This document shows, one piece after another, positions 9,000-18,705 of a stretch of 64,000 bases of DNA (positions are counted from its first letter, which is position 1; each line of letters begins with the position of its first letter). The notes below the pieces were generated by a model. The model was not told the origin of the DNA and made no database searches. It saw only the letters and a list, made by a program, of their open reading frames with translations. This stretch comes from an uncultured virus (IMG/VR IMGVR_UViG_3300026057_000005) (lineage: Duplodnaviria > Heunggongvirae > Uroviricota > Caudoviricetes). The translations under genes and the position numbers were made by a program. The DNA lies in the IMG/VR virus record IMGVR_UViG_3300026057_000005; one strand, given 5' to 3'.

Positions 9000-10280
9000 T
9001 CACGGGTGACCGAAACGACCCCGCCCCTTGCTCTTGCTGAGCTGCGTCGCCGCGAAGAGGCCGCCAGCGGCGAGTGTCGCGGCGATCGCGATCACCTTCC
9101 CGCTCACGCGAACCGCCCTTCCGGTGCTCTGATCGACGACGTCCTGCGCCTGATCGGCCGGCTCGCCGGCGGGCGTCGGATCGCTCGCCGCGGGGCCGGA
9201 AACGGCCTCCGCATTCGAGGGCGCGCCCGCCGCCTGCATCGCCGCGCCGACGTTGGGGCCCGAGATCACAAACGTCGCGCCGCCGTAGCCGGTCCCCGTG
9301 ATCGGCCATCGCCGTCCGCCTCCGCGCCGATCCCACTCGCCCGTCCATTCGCCCGGATCTCGATCGCCGCGCCCGCCGTGCATCGTGAAGTGCATGATCT
9401 CGCGCGCCGCATGCTCGACGTGGCGCGTGGACACCGTCGGCGGCTGGTAGCGCGCCGCGGCCAGCGTCGCGGCCTTCGCACTGGCGTGCGCCGCCGCTGC
9501 CGCCGCGAGCTCGCCGCGCGCGCTCTCGTGGTCGCCGGCGCGCGCCGCCGACGCCGCGCGATCGAGGTTGACGACGGCCGCCGCGCTGGCGATCGAGGCG
9601 TCGCCGATGGCCTGCTTGACCTCGGGGTGCTCGAACGTCCACGCGATACGACCCGAGGTGATCTCCTGCTTGATCTTGTTGAAGATGTCCGTGTAGGTCG
9701 GGATCATCTTGCGATCGAGCGGATCTTTCGCGTCGAGCTTTTGGCCCGGCTTGTAGCCGGTTTGCGCCCAGAACCGCGCGTCTGCCTCCTGGTACGCGCG
9801 CCGCTCGGTCGCTGGATCGAGCGCCGCGGCGCGCGTTGCCGCACGACGCGGCGCGGGCGAGATGTCGACGCTCGATGCGCCGCGCCCACCGGTGCCGGCG
9901 CTTCCGCCGAGATCGTGATCCGCGTGCAGTTTCGTGTAGCTCCCGAGGAGCTCGCTCAGTCTGGCGCGGTAGCCCTTGAGCGCGTTTGCCAGGCGAGCCG
10001 CATCGGTGTCCGTCGCGATCGCGCCGACGAGCTCGTGCACACCGGATCGAAACTTCATCCAGTCGGCGGCGAACGGCTGCCATTGCTGATGGAGAAAGTT
10101 CCACTTGACGAGCTCGCGCGGATCCGACGGGGCGATCGGCACGAACGGGTTGCGCGGATCGGGGACTCCGTGAACGCTGGCCCGAAGCGACCGATCGAAG
10201 GCGTCGGCCGCATCGCCGATGCTGGCGACGTCTCGTTCGGCGTTGTCGAGGATCGCGCGGGATTGGGCCGAAAGGGTCAT
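9000..10280 (-). CDS. membrane-anchored putative virion protein
   Basis: C-terminal TM helix; W-rich helical domain and RFW..TGYK.G..L...DP.D..MIP domain shared with 15274..17586. Confidence 0.75.
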   Translation of the reverse strand: MTLSAQSRAILDNAERDVASIGDAADAFDRSLRASVHGVPDPRNPFVPIAPSDPRELVKWNFLHQQWQPFAADWMKFRSGVHELVGAIATDTDAARLANALKGYRARLSELLGSYTKLHADHDLGGSAGTGGRGASSVDISPAPRRAATRAAALDPATERRAYQEADARFWAQTGYKPGQKLDAKDPLDRKMIPTYTDIFNKIKQEITSGRIAWTFEHPEVKQAIGDASIASAAAVVNLDRAASAARAGDHESARGELAAAAAAHASAKAATLAAARYQPPTVSTRHVEHAAREIMHFTMHGGRGDRDPGEWTGEWDRRGGGRRWPITGTGYGGATFVISGPNVGAAMQAAGAPSNAEAVSGPAASDPTPAGEPADQAQDVVDQSTGRAVRVSGKVIAIAATLAAGGLFAATQLSKSKGRGRFGHP

Positions 10281-10295
10281 GGCTCCGTTAGCCTA

Positions 10296-11564
10296 TCATG
10301 CCGTCGTGGCGACCTGGTCAACTTCGCCGTCCACTCCGACCGCGGACCCCGCCGCCCCCTGCGGCCCTGTGGCACCGGCACCGGCCAGGGTAACGGCTTC
10401 GAGAAACCGCTGGCGCTGGTCGCCGCTGAGGAGCTGCATGATCGCCTGCATCTGGACGTTGGTGATCGTGTCCTTCAGGTCGGTCAGCATCGTCGGTAGG
10501 AGCGTCTGATTGACGGCCTCGTCGTTGACGGTCTCGAAGATCTCCGACAGCGCGATCTGCTGCTCGAGGGACAGGATCGCCTGAAGCGAGGCGCGCTGTT
10601 CGACGGTGAGCGACTCGAGGAGCGTGGAGACCGTGACCGCGATCGCCGAGCGCGCCGCCGGCGGCGCGGCGGGCGCGGCGCCGTTCGTTGTTCCGTTCGC
10701 CGCGCCGTTCGCGCCCGCGCCCGACGCGGCGCCGTTGCCGTTCGCCGCGGCTGACGCGGTGCCGTTCGTCCCGTTCGCGCCGACGCCCGCTTTCGCCGCC
10801 TTCGCGTCGGCGTGCTTGTTGACCGCACGGATAAGGCCCGAGGTAATGACCGGGAACAGCCCGACGATCTTCTTCGTCGTGAGCGTCTTACGCTCCTCGC
10901 GCGACGTCACGGTCAGCGCCTCGATCTCGCGCTCGTGCTCGCGACTGCGCGCGTCGTCGATCGCCTGGATGTATTCACGGCGCTCCTGATCGCGCTTCTC
11001 GATGGCAGAGCGCAGCGCGTTGTTCTCCTCGCGGAGCGCGTTCGCCTGGTGCATGATCGCGGCGAGGAACTGCTGATCGCGGCTCTGCATCCGCTTCTCG
11101 GAGTTGTCGATATGGCGCATGAGCATGCCGACCACGCCGCGCTCGGTCGGTGCTAGTGGCGCGTTCAGGTCGCCGTCGATGCCGCCGTTGTACGAAGTGA
11201 GCGACTGATCGCCCGTGGCGTCGGTCGACGGGTAGAGCGCGAAGCGGTGGACGCGGCGATCGCTGAGCTGGTGCGACGAGCGCACGATGAACGCGTGCGT
11301 GCCGCCGCCGAACGAGTCCGCGCAGCGCTCGGCGATCTTCAGGATCTCGACGGCGACGCGCTCGGCGTTGACGCTCGTGCCGGTCGCGTTCGTGGGATCG
11401 CAGAAGTAGTCGGGATGGCTTCGGAGCGACCAACTCTTGAGCAGGTCGGGGCGCGTACGCGGCGGCGCGTGCAGGAGCTCGATCTCCTCGGTCGACTGGT
11501 AGCCGGTGAGGCGAAGCAGGTCGGTGACGTGCTCGATCAGATCGATACGGTGGTCGGTAGCCAT
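10296..11564 (-). CDS. coiled-coil protein
   Basis: Start 11564 has TGATACGCT 7 nt upstream; long coiled coil and GANG-rich linker. Confidence 0.75.
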   Translation of the reverse strand: MATDHRIDLIEHVTDLLRLTGYQSTEEIELLHAPPRTRPDLLKSWSLRSHPDYFCDPTNATGTSVNAERVAVEILKIAERCADSFGGGTHAFIVRSSHQLSDRRVHRFALYPSTDATGDQSLTSYNGGIDGDLNAPLAPTERGVVGMLMRHIDNSEKRMQSRDQQFLAAIMHQANALREENNALRSAIEKRDQERREYIQAIDDARSREHEREIEALTVTSREERKTLTTKKIVGLFPVITSGLIRAVNKHADAKAAKAGVGANGTNGTASAAANGNGAASGAGANGAANGTTNGAAPAAPPAARSAIAVTVSTLLESLTVEQRASLQAILSLEQQIALSEIFETVNDEAVNQTLLPTMLTDLKDTITNVQMQAIMQLLSGDQRQRFLEAVTLAGAGATGPQGAAGSAVGVDGEVDQVATTA

Positions 11565-11604
11565 GCGCGGAAGCGTATCACGCACGAGCGCAACGCGTAA
11601 CGCT

Positions 11605-12051
11605 CTAGCGTCGGCGCGCGAGAAGGTCCGAGCGTCCGGTGCGCATCTCGAAGTCGCTCGAGAGCCATCGCCCGCCGATGTCCCAGAAGACGGAATGCCA
11701 GCGACGTAGATCGCGCGCGAGCTTGTTCGTGTCCGGACGTCCCTCGACGTCGAGCCGCTCGGCCTCGACATCGTAGAGGTGCGCGGCGTCCATGAAGTCG
11801 GCCTCGGTCCACCCGGGAAACTTCGCCTTCGTCTTGCCGAACACGACGACGTCGTTCGTATCCGGCGCGCCGGCGCGCGTCGGCACGTGCACGGCCTTGC
11901 CGCTCTCGGTGTAGCCGAGCAGGCGCGCGACCGGCGCCTTGCCGGCCTTGCGGATCGCGCGGCCGATGTCGTGCTTGTGCTCGAGCTCGGCATCGCCGGC
12001 GACGAGCGCGGCGGCGATCTCGCGATCGAGTTGTGCGGGCGACTTAGCCAT
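11605..12051 (-). CDS. hypothetical protein with N-terminal KSPAQLDREI tag
   Basis: Begins MAKSPAQLDREIAAAL. Confidence 0.7.
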   Translation of the reverse strand: MAKSPAQLDREIAAALVAGDAELEHKHDIGRAIRKAGKAPVARLLGYTESGKAVHVPTRAGAPDTNDVVVFGKTKAKFPGWTEADFMDAAHLYDVEAERLDVEGRPDTNKLARDLRRWHSVFWDIGGRWLSSDFEMRTGRSDLLARRR

Positions 12052-12475
12052 GGTCGCACTTCGGCGCGTTCTTTGTGCGGGCACGAACGCCGGCCATCGA
12101 TCGCAGGTTGGCGCGATTTTCGACGGGCATTGCCTCGTGGTATGCGAACGCCGCGTCGACGAGCTTGTTCGCACGCTCCACGCTCGGGTCATCGCCGTAG
12201 TCGATCGCCGCGAGTTTAAGATCATCGTCGGCGTCGAGGACGCGCATCATGACGTTCATGGCGTTCGAATCCGGCGAATCCGACGGCCAGGGCAGCGAGG
12301 AGGGCAGCGGGACGTACGTTCCGATTCCGGCGTCGCCGAATGAGCCGTTGCCCTTCATGATGCGCGAGACGCGCCGCATGAAGAACGATGTGGTTTGCCA
12401 CTTCGCGACGTTCACGACGACGATCGCGAGGAGGCATCCGAGGAAGCAGGCGAGGAAGATGGTGGCATTGTTCAT
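12044..12475 (-). CDS. membrane protein
   Basis: N-terminal TM helix; GAGGA RBS. Confidence 0.65.
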   Translation of the reverse strand: MNNATIFLACFLGCLLAIVVVNVAKWQTTSFFMRRVSRIMKGNGSFGDAGIGTYVPLPSSLPWPSDSPDSNAMNVMMRVLDADDDLKLAAIDYGDDPSVERANKLVDAAFAYHEAMPVENRANLRSMAGVRARTKNAPKCDHG

Positions 12476-12481
12476 GGCGGA

Positions 12482-13264
12482 CTAGTCCTCGGCGTCGCGG
12501 TCGAGCGCGAGCCAGTTGCGCAGTTGATCGAACGACGTCACGCGACGGAGATCGCCGTGCCCGCCGTCGAAGTAGTAGATCTCGCGCTCGTCCTCAATCC
12601 ATGTGTTCGCAGCGTCGCGGATGACGCGCATCAGCGGATCGATCTTGCCGTCCTTGGGCGACGTCCACACGATGTGCGTACCGCTCGGCCCGATGATCCA
12701 CACGAACGGCGCGCCGAGGTGTTTCGCGATCGCAGCGCGATCGTGCTTCTCGAGGTCCGACTGCATGAGCGAGCTCGTGTAGCGGCCGGCCTTCTCGCAC
12801 GCGATGAGGAACGCGTCGAGCTTCTTGCGCATCTCCGGCATCGGGTGCGGGTTCGCGAGCGCGGTCTCGATTTCCTCGTCGAGCTTCTTCGCTGTCTTGG
12901 TCTTTTTCGGCGTGACCTTCTTGCGCGTCGACTCCTCATAGATCGCCGCGAGGTTCGCATCGCTGTCGATCAGGTTCTCGAGCGCGCGCCCGAGGGCTTC
13001 GCGTGCGCGGTCGGCCTTGTCGCGCTGCCAGTCGCCCGGGAAGTTGACATAGGCCGTCGCGGGGTAGAGGCCCGTCGCGGACTTCGACGACATCCAGGAC
13101 CACCGGCCGTCGTCGTGTCCGCCGCGGTAGAACTTCACGTGCGAGTCGTGCCCGTGGTTCTTGACGATCGTGCGCACGAGCGTCGCCAGGTCATGGATCC
13201 CGCCGCCGCGCGGGAAGATCACGCGCCCCATCTTCTCGATCGTCGCCAGGCTGTAGGTCGCCAT
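12482..13264 (-). CDS. two-domain protein with internal KTAKKLDEEI tag
   Basis: TGATG coupling at 13264; tag lies between two globular regions. Confidence 0.7.
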   Translation of the reverse strand: MATYSLATIEKMGRVIFPRGGGIHDLATLVRTIVKNHGHDSHVKFYRGGHDDGRWSWMSSKSATGLYPATAYVNFPGDWQRDKADRAREALGRALENLIDSDANLAAIYEESTRKKVTPKKTKTAKKLDEEIETALANPHPMPEMRKKLDAFLIACEKAGRYTSSLMQSDLEKHDRAAIAKHLGAPFVWIIGPSGTHIVWTSPKDGKIDPLMRVIRDAANTWIEDEREIYYFDGGHGDLRRVTSFDQLRNWLALDRDAED

Positions 13265-13500
13265 CAGAAGAACTCCCGGCCGCCGGCGTACGTGTAGAAC
13301 TTCTCGCGCCCGTTCTCGTAAATCGAGAGCACGCGGCCCGACTTGTTGTTGACCGACACGCGCACGCGAAGGCCGGCATGCGAGAGCTCGCGTGCATGCG
13401 CATTCGCGCGATCGTACGTGCTCTCGAAGCCGAGCGTCGATGTCTTCGGATCGGTGTCGTTGTCGTTGCTGAGCCGGTACTTGCCTGACGTGGCCGCCAT
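13264..13500 (-). CDS. hypothetical protein
   Basis: Directly follows upstream stop; GAGGA RBS. Confidence 0.65.
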   Translation of the reverse strand: MAATSGKYRLSNDNDTDPKTSTLGFESTYDRANAHARELSHAGLRVRVSVNNKSGRVLSIYENGREKFYTYAGGREFF

Positions 13501-14256
13501 CTAGTCCTCGCTTTCGTGCTCGTGCTGCGCGTGTTCGAGCTCGAGCTCGAGCTCGTGCTCCGTCGGCTTCTTCGATCGCAGGTCGCGCAGGATCGACCAG
13601 AACCCGATGAAACCGGCGACCGTCATGACGCCGAACACGACCGTCTTGCCGAGCGTCATCCACGTATCGAGCGAGGTGCCGGTCCCGTCCGCGCCGCGCT
13701 GCCACACCGTCTTGGGCAGCGCGATCGGGTCTGCGCTCTCGAGCTTGATGCCGCGCGCCCGCGCGCTCGAGCGCAGCGATAGCAACCTGTTCTGCCAGGT
13801 CACGAACACGCTCCACTCCGTCGCGAACGCCGCGACCGAGCTCCGCGCGATCCGCTGCACGAAGTTGCGCCACTCCGCCAGCACCGGCGCGACGTCGGTC
13901 GCGATCCAGACGTGATCGGCGGGCGTCCCGTTCGTCGTCACGTCGCGCTCGAGCGCTTCGTAGTCGAGGCCGAGCTGCGCCAGCGCGTTCGCACGATCGC
14001 TGGCGCCGTGATACCACTCGCCGGCAACGACGGCGCGCTCGAGGCCACGCGAGCCGCGCATCGTCGACGATGCGACGCCTTGCACATGCGCCGCGTAGTC
14101 GACGCCGTCCGCGACGCGGTTCGTAATCGGGGACGCCAACGACTCCGCGACCTCGCGCGCGAGCCAGCGCGCGCCGCGCACGCGGAGGTCTCGCGACGGC
14201 GGCGCAATCGGCGCGGTCGGGTTCATCGCGTTCCAGTGGTTGGCACGGTCGCTCAT
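13501..14256 (-). CDS. membrane-anchored putative virion protein
   Basis: W-rich helical domain (PVLAEWRNF...ARARG) plus C-terminal TM helix. Confidence 0.75.
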   Translation of the reverse strand: MSDRANHWNAMNPTAPIAPPSRDLRVRGARWLAREVAESLASPITNRVADGVDYAAHVQGVASSTMRGSRGLERAVVAGEWYHGASDRANALAQLGLDYEALERDVTTNGTPADHVWIATDVAPVLAEWRNFVQRIARSSVAAFATEWSVFVTWQNRLLSLRSSARARGIKLESADPIALPKTVWQRGADGTGTSLDTWMTLGKTVVFGVMTVAGFIGFWSILRDLRSKKPTEHELELELEHAQHEHESED

Positions 14257-14259
14257 GCG

Positions 14260-14442
14260 CTACTTTCCGCTTCTTCGGCGTGGAATATCGTGACCCGCTG
14301 CGCGCGCCTTCGAGATCTGGATCGCGCGCTCTTGCGCGGCGACGTCGTCGAGTGATTCGTGCACGCCGAGCAACCGGCGCGTCTTCGCTTTGCTGTACAG
14401 CGCGTACAGCGGATGGCGCTTGGTGCCGATGTTCCGGATCAC
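14260..14442 (-). CDS. small basic protein
   Basis: YALYSK...RLLGVH......AQERAIQ; GTG start inferred. Confidence 0.5.
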   Translation of the reverse strand: MIRNIGTKRHPLYALYSKAKTRRLLGVHESLDDVAAQERAIQISKARAAGHDIPRRRSGK

Positions 14443-14453
14443 GTCGCTTGCCC

Positions 14454-15260
14454 TTACTTGCCTCGTCGGCGCGCGAGCCCGCTGTACACAGCGACCGGAT
14501 CGCTCGACTTCCTCGCGTTCACGCCGAGGGATACCGCGACCGTGAGCCCGACAAGCCCGACCGCGCCGATCGCGACGTACTTGACGATCTTCGCCATCTC
14601 CGACGCGGCATCGAGCGCGGTGTCCGTCGGCGCGCGCGTCGGATCGAGGAGTGACTTCCCCCACTTCGTCGGCGCCGGCGTCGCGACGTCCATGCCGAGA
14701 TCGCGCGCCTTCTTGCGGAGCTCGACGAGTTTCTCCGAGAACTGCTCGGCCTCGGGGGCATGGTTCCAGAAGAAATTGTCCGTCCACCCGTGGTGTTGCT
14801 CGTAGAACCCGCGCCACCCGTTCGCGAACGGGATCCATGCGCTGGTGAAGAATTCGCCGAGCCGCTGCTTCTTCGTGTCGGTCGTCGGCGCCGGCACGCT
14901 CTGCTTCTGGATCACCTTCTCGCGCGCCGCAGCGATCTGCTTGCTCTCCTCGTCGAGCGCGTCGAACGCCGCCGCGCCGCCGAGCGGGTACGACCACCAG
15001 GGCGCGCCGACGCTCACAACGCCTGAACTGGCGACGGGCGCAGCGGCGACGGTCATCGGATCGAGCGCGCCGACCGTTCGCGCGAGCTCGGCCGAGAACG
15101 CGCGGATGTCCGCGTCGATCACGTCCATCTCGCTCTGGATGCCGCCCGGCGTTTGCCAGAACGACGCCCCCATCGCGTGCGCGACTCGATCTTGCCGCGC
15201 GATCGCGCGAGCGCGCGTCGCGGGGTAGGCCGGGGTCAGGAATCGTGCGCCGCGGGTCAT
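14454..15260 (-). CDS. membrane-anchored putative virion protein
   Basis: W-rich helical domain (WIPFANGWRGFY...ARDLG) plus TM helix; TGATAGGAT 7 nt before ATG. Confidence 0.75.
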   Translation of the reverse strand: MTRGARFLTPAYPATRARAIARQDRVAHAMGASFWQTPGGIQSEMDVIDADIRAFSAELARTVGALDPMTVAAAPVASSGVVSVGAPWWSYPLGGAAAFDALDEESKQIAAAREKVIQKQSVPAPTTDTKKQRLGEFFTSAWIPFANGWRGFYEQHHGWTDNFFWNHAPEAEQFSEKLVELRKKARDLGMDVATPAPTKWGKSLLDPTRAPTDTALDAASEMAKIVKYVAIGAVGLVGLTVAVSLGVNARKSSDPVAVYSGLARRRGK

Positions 15261-15273
15261 GATCGCGATCCTA

Positions 15274-17586
15274 TCACGCCGCCTTCGGCCGCGGCGTGAG
15301 CTTGTCGCGCAGCCAGTGGTACACGTTCGGCCCGAAGCGCAAACCCGCGATGCCGCCGCCGGCGCCGAGCGCGAGCGGCAGGAGCCAGTGGCCCGAGGAC
15401 ACCGCGCCCGCGCCGCCGCTCGGCTTTCGACCGAACGACTCGTTCAGCGGCCCGGGAAACGTGATGTCGTTCTTGTCGAAGTACGCGATGTACTCGACGG
15501 CCTCCGGCATCTGCATCCAGCTTCCGAACCAGTCGTCCGCCTCGTCGGTCGTACCGAACGCCTTCACGACGGCCGGGTTGCCGCGCGGCTGGCAGAACCC
15601 GACGATGTTCGCGATGCTTCCCGTGGCGGCTTGCTTCGCGATACGGCGCAAGTCGTTCGGCGAAGCGCCCGAGCTCGTGACGCTGGCGTTGTCGCCCGCC
15701 TGCTGCGTGACGTCGTTGGCGAACTGCATCGTCGCTTGTGCCGCCCGATCGCCCTGCTTCGCGGCGTTGGCGAGCTCGGCGATCTGCGCGCGCGCGTCGG
15801 GGTTGCCGGCGGCGGCGTTCGCGACGGTCTGCGCGAGGTGATAGCCTGCGGTCGCCTGCGCGACGGCCTTCTCGGCGGTGCCGAGCGCTGCCGCGGCCTG
15901 CGGGTTCGTCTTCGCCAGCGCCTTCGCCTGCTCGACCACCTGCTTGGCGCTGCCGCTGCCGGCTGCCGCGTTGACGAGCGATCCTGCGAGCGACGCCGCC
16001 ATCGGAGCAACGAACGGGCCCGCGCCCGGAATCGCCAGCGCCGCCGCGCCCGCCGCGGTCGACGCCGCGATCGCGATCGGTCCCTTGAACTTCTTCAGCG
16101 TGTGCGCGGCGCCGGACGCCGCGCTCTCGATCGAGTGCGTGAGGCTGTGCCACCACCCCGCACACAGCGCGACGGGGTGCTGCTCGATGAGCGCGCCGAC
16201 GAGCGCGGACACGACGCGGCCCTGCGGATCGCCCTCGGCGAGCGCGCCCATGAGGGCCATCGGCTCGGCGTGGAGCTGCGGATGAAGCGCGCGGATCCGA
16301 TCGTCGATCACGCCGCCGAGATCGGCCGCACCCGTGTAGCACTTGCCGTCGATGCAGAGCTGTACGACGAGGTTTGCGCCCTCGAGCGACAGGTTGACCG
16401 TCGTGCCGCGCACGCCCGGCGCGATGACGGGCGCGATCGACACGAGGCGATCGTCGAGCGCGGTCGGCGGCGTCGCGGCGACACCGACGATCTGATAGCC
16501 GGCGGGCGAATAGCCTTCGGCGAGGTAGAGGTCACGGCGGTATCCAGAAGAGATCACGTTGCGCTCGACTTTCTCCGGCAGACGCTGGAACGCCGGAATC
16601 TGGGGGCTGATGGACGAGGAGATGCGTGCGCGCTCGCGCGAGCTCGCGCTCGTCGCGTACCTGTCGCGATCGCGCTGCGCGAATTCGCGCGCGACCTGGT
16701 AACGCACGGCGAGCCACACCGGGATCATCGCGCGGTCGTTCGGATCGTTGCGGTTGAGATCCTCGCCCCACTTGTATCCGGTCGACTCCCAGAACCGGAT
16801 GTTGGTGACGCGGTTCATCTCGGCGACGAGCGGATCGGGGCGCGCGGCGCCAGAGGAGACGGCGGCTGCCGCACCCGACGGATCGGGCGCGCTCGAGACG
16901 CTCGCATCGTCGAGCGCCTCGTCGAGGACATCGGGCGCCGGATCGCCTTCCTGATCGGCGTTGACGACGTCGCGCGTGCGGTCCTCGGGCACGGGCTCGG
17001 CGGGCGACGTGTCGTCGATGTTCGGATCGACGTCCTCGGCGAGCGTGTTCACGTCGGAGACGATCCACACGTAGCCGGCGGGCCCCCACCACCAACGACC
17101 CGGCGAGCGATGGCCGTGGCGGTAGAACCCGCCGCGACCATGGAAGCCGTGCATCGGGCGACGCGCCGGCGCGGGGCGATGGCCTGCCGGATGCCCTCCG
17201 CCTCCACCATGGCCATGGCCGGCGACGAGTGCCGCGCCGCCATCTCCGACGACCGTCGGCAACGTCGGAACCGGGATGCTCCAGCGCGGACTACGCGCGA
17301 GCGCACGGAGTGCGGTGAGGCTGCGCGCGTACGCGTTCACCGTCGCCTCGTCGAGCTTGCCGCCGGTCTGCTCCCATGCCTCGTAGAACGCGGTGATCCA
17401 GGGGTTCCACGCGTCGTGAAACCACGCGTTCATCGCGCGCCGGTTGTCGCCGGTGACGTGCTGCCCGATGCGGCCCCAGAAGTTCTCATGGAGCGCGACG
17501 ATGTCGACGAGTCGCTGGGCGTTGCCGGACTTCACAGACGAGGACGCGAAGTTTTCGCGTCCGGACGATGCGGTAGTTGCGGTCAT
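15274..17586 (-). CDS. large multidomain membrane-anchored putative virion protein
   Basis: ~770 aa from ATG 17586; W-rich helical domain, RFWESTGYK domain, Ala-rich hydrophobic region, C-terminal TM helix. Confidence 0.75.
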   Translation of the reverse strand: MTATTASSGRENFASSSVKSGNAQRLVDIVALHENFWGRIGQHVTGDNRRAMNAWFHDAWNPWITAFYEAWEQTGGKLDEATVNAYARSLTALRALARSPRWSIPVPTLPTVVGDGGAALVAGHGHGGGGGHPAGHRPAPARRPMHGFHGRGGFYRHGHRSPGRWWWGPAGYVWIVSDVNTLAEDVDPNIDDTSPAEPVPEDRTRDVVNADQEGDPAPDVLDEALDDASVSSAPDPSGAAAAVSSGAARPDPLVAEMNRVTNIRFWESTGYKWGEDLNRNDPNDRAMIPVWLAVRYQVAREFAQRDRDRYATSASSRERARISSSISPQIPAFQRLPEKVERNVISSGYRRDLYLAEGYSPAGYQIVGVAATPPTALDDRLVSIAPVIAPGVRGTTVNLSLEGANLVVQLCIDGKCYTGAADLGGVIDDRIRALHPQLHAEPMALMGALAEGDPQGRVVSALVGALIEQHPVALCAGWWHSLTHSIESAASGAAHTLKKFKGPIAIAASTAAGAAALAIPGAGPFVAPMAASLAGSLVNAAAGSGSAKQVVEQAKALAKTNPQAAAALGTAEKAVAQATAGYHLAQTVANAAAGNPDARAQIAELANAAKQGDRAAQATMQFANDVTQQAGDNASVTSSGASPNDLRRIAKQAATGSIANIVGFCQPRGNPAVVKAFGTTDEADDWFGSWMQMPEAVEYIAYFDKNDITFPGPLNESFGRKPSGGAGAVSSGHWLLPLALGAGGGIAGLRFGPNVYHWLRDKLTPRPKAA
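17535..17565 (+). repeat. dispersed hairpin element (antisense within CDS, reads SGRENFASSS)
   Basis: CAGACGAGGACGCGAAGTTTTCGCGTCCGGA. Confidence 0.95.
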
Positions 17587-17795
17587 AGGTCGACTCCGAG
17601 TTTGCGCCATTCGGCGGCGGTTTTCGAGAAGCGTTGCGTTCCGTCGAGGGAGGTGAGTTGCACGTTCGGGCTGACGCCGCCCCACAGGACGGAGGAGAAC
17701 ACGTAGAGCGGCGCGCCGCCTACGTTGACGAGGACGCGCTTGCCGGCGCGCGTGCGCGCGAGCATCTTCTCGAGGCGGTGTTGCTGGCTTGCCAT
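17583..17795 (-). CDS. hypothetical protein
   Basis: Begins MASQQHRLEK; ATGA-coupled to the next gene; bracketed by hairpin elements. Confidence 0.6.
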   Translation of the reverse strand: MASQQHRLEKMLARTRAGKRVLVNVGGAPLYVFSSVLWGGVSPNVQLTSLDGTQRFSKTAAEWRKLGVDL

Positions 17796-17805
17796 AGGAT
17801 AGGTT

Positions 17806-17828
17806 TCCGGACGCGATCTTATCGCGCG
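17806..17828 (-). repeat. partial hairpin element
   Basis: CGCGCGATAAGATCGCGTCCGGA; 5-prime part missing. Confidence 0.65.
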
Positions 17829-18454
17829 TTGAGCGCTCTGTGTTCGGCGATCCACGCATGAACGCCCTCAAGATTCCGGAAGTCATTGCCCGTCGGTGCG
17901 TACGTACCGCTACGTCCGATTTCTTGCATGATCTGGTAACGCCCTCGATGCGCAGCGCCAGGCGCAGTCGCGTCATCAAAGACGGCGTAGCCGCCAAGGC
18001 CGAACAGACGAGGTAGTTTCCATGCGCGCACTCGTGTCTTTCCAGACCTGTCTGCTTCGATGACGGTCCATGTCGGTTTGAATGCCGTGTCCTTCGCTGA
18101 TTTTTGCCGAAATGCTGCGCGAACTTCGCCGGGCGTACCTCCGCGCGCAAGAATCGGCTTTGCTACGGCAACAAGGCGAGGGATTTCATCCGCGTCGTAA
18201 AGGATCGAGTCGTCCAGCACATACCAGCCGACGCGTCTCCCTACGTCGATCGATTCTGGCGTTCGCCCGCCCGTGCCCTTGATGATCGTGCCAAATCGAC
18301 CGACGGTGAGTGCGCCATCGCCATACAGGAACAGATCCTTGCCGTCCGCGGTTCCGCTGCCCTTTTGTGCGATGGACTTGCCAATGATTTCGCGTGATGA
18401 CGCCTTGGCAAGCTCGCGATCGATTTCCGCCCTCAGTTGCGACGCCGTTTTCAT
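17819..18454 (-). CDS. hypothetical protein with N-terminal KTASQLRAEI tag
   Basis: ATGA overlap start; visibly more AT-rich than its neighbours. Confidence 0.7.
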   Translation of the reverse strand: MKTASQLRAEIDRELAKASSREIIGKSIAQKGSGTADGKDLFLYGDGALTVGRFGTIIKGTGGRTPESIDVGRRVGWYVLDDSILYDADEIPRLVAVAKPILARGGTPGEVRAAFRQKSAKDTAFKPTWTVIEADRSGKTRVRAWKLPRLFGLGGYAVFDDATAPGAAHRGRYQIMQEIGRSGTYAPTGNDFRNLEGVHAWIAEHRALNAR

Positions 18455-18699
18455 CGCTTGCTCCGCCGCGCGTCTTCGTGCGCTTGCGCGGCGACGAGCG
18501 CGTCGCGCTGCGTTTCCAGCGACGGACCGATGCGCTCGAACACCGGCTTGGGGTGCTTCGCAGACATCTGTGGCATGAACGCGACGCGCCAGGTGCCGGA
18601 CGCTTCCTCGGTGAGGAGGTACGCGCCGCGGCGCACCCACGCGATCCAGTCGCGCGGGCCGGTTTTCTCGAACCGAAGCGTGTACTTCGTCTGCCTCAT
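18451..18699 (-). CDS. hypothetical protein
   Basis: Coupled 82-aa ORF. Confidence 0.55.
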   Translation of the reverse strand: MRQTKYTLRFEKTGPRDWIAWVRRGAYLLTEEASGTWRVAFMPQMSAKHPKPVFERIGPSLETQRDALVAAQAHEDARRSKR

Positions 18700-18705
18700 C
18701 TGACC

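Noticed and set aside
15259..17706. Long opposite-strand or alternative-frame ORFs (e.g. 15259..17706, 8949..10499, 49691..51757, 37844..39307)
   Set aside because: Arg/Ala-rich shadow ORFs expected at high GC; they overlap better-supported genes with motifs and coupled starts.
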